Shown one piece after another: positions 58,571 to 64,000 of a DNA stretch of 64,000 nucleotides. Numbering within the stretch: the stretch's first letter is position 1; every line of letters starts with the position of its first letter. Made by a program: the position numbers and the translations under genes. The notes below the pieces were generated by a model that saw only the letters and a list, made by a program, of their open reading frames with translations, was not told where the DNA came from and did not search any database. This DNA is from Patescibacteria group bacterium (GTDB lineage: Bacteria; Patescibacteriota; Minisyncoccia; GCA-002772825). The stretch spans positions 7,191 to 71,190 of the forward strand of contig JANLHB010000005.1 of assembly GCA_024654625.1 (NCBI GenBank). The letters are read 5' to 3'.

Positions 58571-58705
58571 TTATCGCGAGATTGGTTTACCAGAGGTAGC
58601 GGTACAATCTTTACAGATGGGACTATTTTTCTGCATCTTCCTACAAGCCTTTGAGTCAGGGTCATTGTCACATTTACGTGGACGGCCTTTCACTCTCTTT
58701 GCCAT
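58571..58705 (-). CDS. Basic C4 zinc-finger microprotein A (44 aa, absent from ORF track)
   Basis: AAGGAGG RBS; MAKRVKGRPRKCDNDPDSKACRKMQKNSPICKDCTATSGKPISR. Confidence 0.6.
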   Translation of the reverse strand: MAKRVKGRPRKCDNDPDSKACRKMQKNSPICKDCTATSGKPISR

Positions 58706-58890
58706 AAGCAAACCCTCCTTTTTTTTGTTCACCTTCCGTTATTCAATTATAGAGAACCAATGGACGATAATTTACTTCTATATAAAATCTAACCCAAAAG
58801 AATCCTTAACGCAAGAACTGACACGATGTCAACGTGGCAGGTTGACAACATTATTTGCCCTGAAAGAATGTTTAACTTATCATTAAGATA

Positions 58891-59532
58891 ATGATAGTGA
58901 AAGATAAGGAAACATTAAAAAATATTATCGCAATAATAATTATTATTGCGCTCTTTATAATCGTTTCTTATCTTACTCAAAGCTATTCGGAAATAATCAG
59001 AGAAATGGTAATATTAGACGGCATACTTGGCATGCTTCTATATGTCTTCATCACCGTAGTCGCCGTAGTCTTCGCGCCAGTAAGCACTCTTCCATTTCTG
59101 GCTATCGCCTCAGTCTTATGGGGAGGATTTATATCTGCCGTACTTAGCATTATCGGGTGGACTATCGGTTCAGCTATAGCCTTTAATCTCGCAAGGAAAT
59201 ATGGACGCCCGCTCGTCTCTAAATTTATAAACATTAAAAAAATAGAACGTTTTGAAAATATCGTTCCGTCCAAGCATGTCTTCTGGACAATTGTATTTCT
59301 AAGACTCGCTTTACCTGTGGATCTTTTAAGCTACGCATTAGGACTTCTCACCAAAATACCTTTTAGTGTATTTATGTATGCCACGGTGATAGGCCTCACC
59401 CCATTCGCTTTCTTATTTGCTTACGCCGTTGAACTCCCAACTTCTTATCAAATAATAGCCGGCACACTAAGTTTCGTCGTGATAATATTCATCCTCAAGC
59501 AAGTTTACAAGAATCTCCCGCCTAAGGAATAA
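58891..59532 (+). CDS. DedA/VTT (TVP38) family membrane protein
   Basis: G..IGS.IAF.LARKYG, LRL..P.DL.SY..GL. Confidence 0.85.
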   Translation: MIVKDKETLKNIIAIIIIIALFIIVSYLTQSYSEIIREMVILDGILGMLLYVFITVVAVVFAPVSTLPFLAIASVLWGGFISAVLSIIGWTIGSAIAFNLARKYGRPLVSKFINIKKIERFENIVPSKHVFWTIVFLRLALPVDLLSYALGLLTKIPFSVFMYATVIGLTPFAFLFAYAVELPTSYQIIAGTLSFVVIIFILKQVYKNLPPKE

Positions 59533-60957
59533 CTATACGACCTGCACCAAGATAAGATTAGTCGTCCCCGAGGAGCCGAAGGGAATACCGGCTGAGATCA
59601 CTATTTTATCTCCCTTCTTCACGAGACCGGTCTTTGCCGCCTCTTCTTTAGCGACATCTATCATGGCGTCATGGTCTTTTATATTTTTTATCTTTTTTGA
59701 AAATGTGCCGAAGCTTAAGGCCATCATGTTGCGCACCTTTTCGTCATGAGTAAGGGCGAGGACCGGTTGCTTTGGCCGCCACCTTGAGATCATTCTGGCT
59801 GAAGAACCGGAGCTGGTAAAAACGACGATAAGTTTAGCGTCCAAGCGATAAGCCGTCCGACAGACTGATGCGCTTATAGAATCTACCACCGAGAGGTTGA
59901 TCCCGTCGCTTATAGACTTCAAAACCTGCTCATAAGGGAAAGACTTCTCCGTGTGCCGGCAGACTGAGGCCATCGTCTCAATAGCCTCCACTGGGTAAGC
60001 GCCGAGAGCCGTCTCCTCAGAGAGCATTATAGCGTCTGTGCCGTCAAGCACTGCATTAGCTATGTCGCTCACTTCGGCCCTTGTCGGCCGAGGGTTCTTT
60101 ATCATCGACTCCAAGACCTGAGTCGCGGTGATGACGGGCTTCCCCTTCTCGTTGCATTTTTTTATTATCATTTTTTGGATGAGGGGCACCTCCTCTAAAG
60201 GCACTTCTATGCCGAGGTCACCACGCGCCACCATTACTCCGTAAGCCTCGTCTATTATCTCGTCTAATTTTGAGACGGCTTCCTTTGTCTCTATCTTAGC
60301 GATAACTCCCGCCGAAGAACCACTCTTCTCTATAATCTTCTTAAGCACTTTCACATCTTCCCCCTTCTTCACGAAAGAGAGCGCCACGAAATCAACATCA
60401 TGCTTTAAGGCAAACTCCAAGTCTTTCTTATCTTTAGCAGTGAGAGCCGAAATACCTACGGAGACACCGGGGAGGTTCACCCCCTTCTTCGACTTCAGCT
60501 CCCCTCCCACAATGACGGTAGAGAAGACATTATTTCCCGAGACCTTATCCACCTCAAGCTTCTTTGAGCCGTCTTCCAACATTACAAAATCGCCCTTCTT
60601 TATCTTTAGGGTTATGTCTTTGCAATTGATAGAGACGATACTCTCGTCCCCCATTATGTCGTCCACGGTAAGAGTGAACTTGGCGCCCTTCTTTAGGAAT
60701 ATTTTACCGTCTTTGAAGTCGCCTATCCTTATCTTCGGTCCGGCAAGGTCTGCCAAGATAGCCATAGGCTTATCAAGTGCCTTAGAGACTTTGCGCACCA
60801 TCTTGATCTTGGCAAGGTGCTCAGCGTAGTTACCATGAGAGAAGTTGAGGCGCGCGACATTGAGCCCGGCTTTTGCCATCTTAAGGAGCGTCTCTTCATT
60901 CTCGCTCACCGGACCGATGGTCGCCACTATCTTAGTTTTCTTCGCGTTCGTTAGCAT
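59533..60957 (-). CDS. pyk: Pyruvate kinase
   Basis: TKIVATIGP, RLNFSHG, VARGDLG, PTRAEVSD. Confidence 0.97.
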   Translation of the reverse strand: MLTNAKKTKIVATIGPVSENEETLLKMAKAGLNVARLNFSHGNYAEHLAKIKMVRKVSKALDKPMAILADLAGPKIRIGDFKDGKIFLKKGAKFTLTVDDIMGDESIVSINCKDITLKIKKGDFVMLEDGSKKLEVDKVSGNNVFSTVIVGGELKSKKGVNLPGVSVGISALTAKDKKDLEFALKHDVDFVALSFVKKGEDVKVLKKIIEKSGSSAGVIAKIETKEAVSKLDEIIDEAYGVMVARGDLGIEVPLEEVPLIQKMIIKKCNEKGKPVITATQVLESMIKNPRPTRAEVSDIANAVLDGTDAIMLSEETALGAYPVEAIETMASVCRHTEKSFPYEQVLKSISDGINLSVVDSISASVCRTAYRLDAKLIVVFTSSGSSARMISRWRPKQPVLALTHDEKVRNMMALSFGTFSKKIKNIKDHDAMIDVAKEEAAKTGLVKKGDKIVISAGIPFGSSGTTNLILVQVV

Positions 60958-61180
60958 AAGATATAAGTTTATATCCTAGGCACCTCTTTAGCAAACCCCG
61001 AGGCGGATTGACATGAATCCAACGGCTCGACCAGCTGAGCCGTTCAAGAGAGGCCTGCCTCCTGCATGCGCCATGCCTGCGCATGCGGGAGGCAGGCGCT
61101 TAGGAAATTATATAATATGAGTAACACGGACGCTAAGGTTGCATTTGAATAAAAATAAGGTAGAATGTTTTAGTAAGTTT

Positions 61181-61256
61181 GGGCCGGTAGCTCATCTGGT
61201 AGAGCGCCTCATTTGCACTGAGGAGGTGGCGGGTTCGAGTCCTGTCCGGTCCACCA
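61181..61256 (+). tRNA. tRNA-Ala (TGC)
   Basis: Cloverleaf; anticodon stem cctca/tgagg with loop TTTGCAC; GGTTCGAG T arm; CCA end. Confidence 0.95.
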
Positions 61257-61296
61257 ATTTAAAACATTAGCACCTGAAAAGGTGCTTTTTGTTTTT

Positions 61297-61426
61297 TGGT
61301 GGACCCGAAGCGAGCCAAATGTTTGGCTCGTGTCAGGACGAGAAAGGATTTTCGTTATGAACGAGCCGGAGGTGAGAGAATCGAAAATCACCTGGATATG
61401 TAATAGCCGAGTCCTGTCCGGTCCAC
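61297..61426 (+). repeat. tRNA-3'-end-derived element (inverted plus direct copies)
   Basis: 61408-61426 equals 61236-61254; interrupted inverted copy at 61297-61344. Confidence 0.75.
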
Positions 61427-61495
61427 AACGTCAAAACCCCCTCTTCACAGACGGGGGTTTTGTTTTTCCATTATTTGTGTATAATTATTATTAAT

Positions 61496-61948
61496 ATGAC
61501 AACGTACTTAACACTTGAAGGTTTGGAAAAGATGAAAAAAGAGCTTGAACACCTAAAAACTGTTAAAAGAAAAGAGATAGCCGAAGAACTTGAAACAGCC
61601 ATATCTTTCGGCGACTTAAAAGAAAACGCTTCCTATCAATCAGCCAAAGACGCCCAGGGTCTTATGGAAGAGAGAATAATGGAAATTGAAGACGCAATAA
61701 GAAATTCAGTAGTCGCCAAAAAAAATAAAAGCGATAAAATTCAAATAGGCTCCAAGGTCAAAGCAAAAATTGATAATTCGGAGAAGACCTTCCATATAGT
61801 GAGTCCGAGCGAATCTGACCCGCTTGAAGGAAAGATTTCCTACCAATCGCCGATAGGCAGAGCTCTAATGGAGAAACTCCTTGGAGAAAAAATTAAAATT
61901 GAAACACCAGGCGGAATAAAAGACTGTGAAATACTAAGTATTGAGTAG
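61496..61948 (+). CDS. greA: Transcription elongation factor GreA
   Basis: LT.EG, GDLKENA.Y..AK, IS..SPIG.AL. Confidence 0.95.
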   Translation: MTTYLTLEGLEKMKKELEHLKTVKRKEIAEELETAISFGDLKENASYQSAKDAQGLMEERIMEIEDAIRNSVVAKKNKSDKIQIGSKVKAKIDNSEKTFHIVSPSESDPLEGKISYQSPIGRALMEKLLGEKIKIETPGGIKDCEILSIE

Positions 61949-61973
61949 TACTATATTTTATTTCACCATTTTA

Positions 61974-62948
61974 CTATCGCTTAAGCGCGATAGTTATAAT
62001 ATGATCCGCAAAATTAGGAAGCGACAGCCCTACAGCCTCTAACGATTTTGGCAGAAGCGACTCAGCAGTCAAACCGGGCAATGTATTGGTCTCCAATAAA
62101 TAAATTCCATTTTTTGATACTATAAAATCAGACCTTGAATAATGTCTGCAATTTAGAGTTTTATGAGCTAAACTGGCAAGACCTTCAATCTTTTTTTTAA
62201 TATCATTCTTAAAACCAGCTGGGCAAATTTCCGCAGATTTTCCGCTGTATTTTGAGTTATAGTCAAAGAATAATCTGTTATTAGGCGGCACAATTTCAAC
62301 AACCGGCAAAGAATAATGCTCTCTCCCCCTGAAACCCTCAACAATACCGCAAGTCGCTTCTTTGCCAACTATATATTCTTCAACCAATATCTTAGAACTA
62401 TATTCAAAAGCAAGAGATATTGAAGAAACAAGGTCATTAAAGCCGTTTGCAACAGATACGCCCAGAGACGAACCTGATGATGCCGGCTTCACAACCCACG
62501 AAGGACCGAGAACTTTCAATACGGAAAGGGCTGCCTCTTTTGGAGTCACTTCATTTGAAATAACAATACCCCTTGGAACCATTATGCCGACATCGGAAAA
62601 AAGTTTTTTACTCATAGCCTTATCCATGGCAAAAAGAGAAGCGGCAACTCCGGAGCCGGTATACGGAGTTCTGAAGCTGTCAAAGATTTGCTGAATCTTT
62701 CCATCCTCCCCATAACTGCCGTGAAGAGCATTAAACGCAACATCAATATTTTTAAAAACTTCTTGAGGAGAAGCGGGTAAGCCGTTTATATGCCATGTTC
62801 CATCCTTTGTAATAAGAATATCCTTTATCTGATATTTTAAAGGAAAATACTGCAAAAGAGCGGAAATAATACTTCCGCCTGTCTTTAAAGATACTTCATA
62901 TTCACCAGATGGTCCTCCTCTAAAAATTCCTACCTTTATCCTACCCAT
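61974..62948 (-). CDS. ddl: D-alanine--D-alanine ligase
   Basis: GGPS.EYEVS, LHG.YGEDG, GSS.GV, ETNTLPG. Confidence 0.93.
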   Translation of the reverse strand: MGRIKVGIFRGGPSGEYEVSLKTGGSIISALLQYFPLKYQIKDILITKDGTWHINGLPASPQEVFKNIDVAFNALHGSYGEDGKIQQIFDSFRTPYTGSGVAASLFAMDKAMSKKLFSDVGIMVPRGIVISNEVTPKEAALSVLKVLGPSWVVKPASSGSSLGVSVANGFNDLVSSISLAFEYSSKILVEEYIVGKEATCGIVEGFRGREHYSLPVVEIVPPNNRLFFDYNSKYSGKSAEICPAGFKNDIKKKIEGLASLAHKTLNCRHYSRSDFIVSKNGIYLLETNTLPGLTAESLLPKSLEAVGLSLPNFADHIITIALKR

Positions 62949-63000
62949 AAAATTATTATAATTTATTTCTCTTAATTCTTTTTTATAATTATATCACAGA

Positions 63001-63999
63001 TTATATCACAGACCTTAATTTTTTATGATATCCGATGGCAAATCGATGCGCTTCGTAATTAGAAAGAAGTATCTCTTTCTTAAAATTATCAATCTGTTTT
63101 TTTAACCCCAAGAAGCCGGACGGTCTGTGTCTCTCGTCTTTAACCACGCTGACTACCGATATTTTTAATCTATTTTCTCTCAGTATTCTCTCAGCCATAT
63201 TCTTTTGAGCCTTACCGCCGTCTACAACAATCAAATCAGGTAGAGGCCATTCTTTATGAGACAATCTTCTTAACAAAATCTCTCTCAAAGAAGCGATATC
63301 ATCGGACTTCTTTACTCCTTTTATTTTAAATAAACGATAATCTGACTTCTTAAGTCTGCCGTCTTCTAAGACCGTAAATACACCGACTGTAAACTTGCCT
63401 GAGATATGAGCCACATCATAAGCTTCTATTCTAATGCGACGAACCGGCTTATAAGGATAATCGTCATCTTTTATAAGAGCCACATCTTGTATATGATTTA
63501 AAGAAAAAATTTTATTTTTTATAATATCGGCTTTTTCAAATTCGCGATTTTTCGCAAGAAGATTCATCTCTATCTTTAGATTTCTCAATATATTCTTTTT
63601 CTTTCCCTCAAAAAATAATTTTATATTTCTTATTATCTTGGCATAATCTTCTTTTGAAATCTCGCCTGAACATACTCCGGGGCAAAGCCCTATCTGCCTA
63701 TTAAAACAAGCCTTCCCGCTTAAGGGCAGGCACTTGTCTCTAAAAGGAAATATTTTGCGAATAATCTTAAGAGCGTCTTTTAGGCTTCCCCCTTGAGGAA
63801 ACGGACCGAATAAATATTTAACTTTAATATTTTTGGCTTTCCTCTCATCTTTCTCAATATCACGGCGGCGAAGCGCGAGTAAACGCGGAAATTCCTCCTC
63901 AGTAATTGCAATATAATTGAAACTCTTATCGTCCTTTTCTTTAATATTATATTTCGGCTGATATTTTTTTATAAGATTCGCTTCAAGTATCAGAGCCTC
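63001..63999 (-). CDS. uvrC: UvrC-like excinuclease, short form lacking C-terminal HhH (cut by window edge)
   Basis: Frame open to the edge: EALILEANLIKKYQPKYN..KDDKS, CFNRQIGLCPGVC, RIEAYD, PDLIVVDGG. Confidence 0.88.
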   Translation of the reverse strand, partial: EALILEANLIKKYQPKYNIKEKDDKSFNYIAITEEEFPRLLALRRRDIEKDERKAKNIKVKYLFGPFPQGGSLKDALKIIRKIFPFRDKCLPLSGKACFNRQIGLCPGVCSGEISKEDYAKIIRNIKLFFEGKKKNILRNLKIEMNLLAKNREFEKADIIKNKIFSLNHIQDVALIKDDDYPYKPVRRIRIEAYDVAHISGKFTVGVFTVLEDGRLKKSDYRLFKIKGVKKSDDIASLREILLRRLSHKEWPLPDLIVVDGGKAQKNMAERILRENRLKISVVSVVKDERHRPSGFLGLKKQIDNFKKEILLSNYEAHRFAIGYHKKLRSVI

Positions 64000-64000
64000 C

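Noticed and set aside
58393-58671. 92-aa ORF as annotated
   Set aside because: Better explained as two SD-led microproteins (58571-58705 and 58393-58554)
61209-61494. Small ORFs overlapping tRNA-Ala and its downstream element
   Set aside because: They overlap structural RNA and repeats; likely spurious
1-64000. Alternative genetic code (TGA recoding)
   Set aside because: Conserved genes are intact under code 11 and TGA terminates frr

Overview
AT-rich bacterial chromosome segment (code 11). Gene content points to Patescibacteria/CPR (Parcubacteria-like), by inference: short non-discriminating AspRS, short ProRS, truncated UvrC, PaaX/Cas2-like gene, CxxC-x17-CxxC protein, many apparently leaderless genes and abundant short palindromes. 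About 14.6-64 kb is mostly housekeeping (aspS, scpAB, mraY, ftsW, murG, gltX, truB, thiI, typA, mreBC, proS, rseP, frr, ychF, pyk, tRNA-Ala, greA, ddl, uvrC) plus an IS30 element. The first ~14.6 kb is the standout. It is an integron-like array in which AT-rich cargo cassettes are separated by six same-orientation, GC-richer copies of the 3' end of a histidine-kinase gene. The cargo includes ArgRS, a double-PLP fusion/GNAT/ValRS set, NUDIX+radical SAM, a radical SAM-SPASM enzyme with a Trp-rich RiPP-like precursor, two MNT-HEPN pairs and NUDIX+methyltransferase. The copies share the 3' end, shorten steadily along the array and are mosaics of each other; no integrase is visible in the window. 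Other notable signals are a 34-37 bp ACGACCG-core hairpin family (two copies flank the wHTH-Cas2-like gene), a four-helix-bundle gene bracketed by inverted heptamer arrays, three tandem C4 zinc-finger microproteins and candidate structured RNAs.
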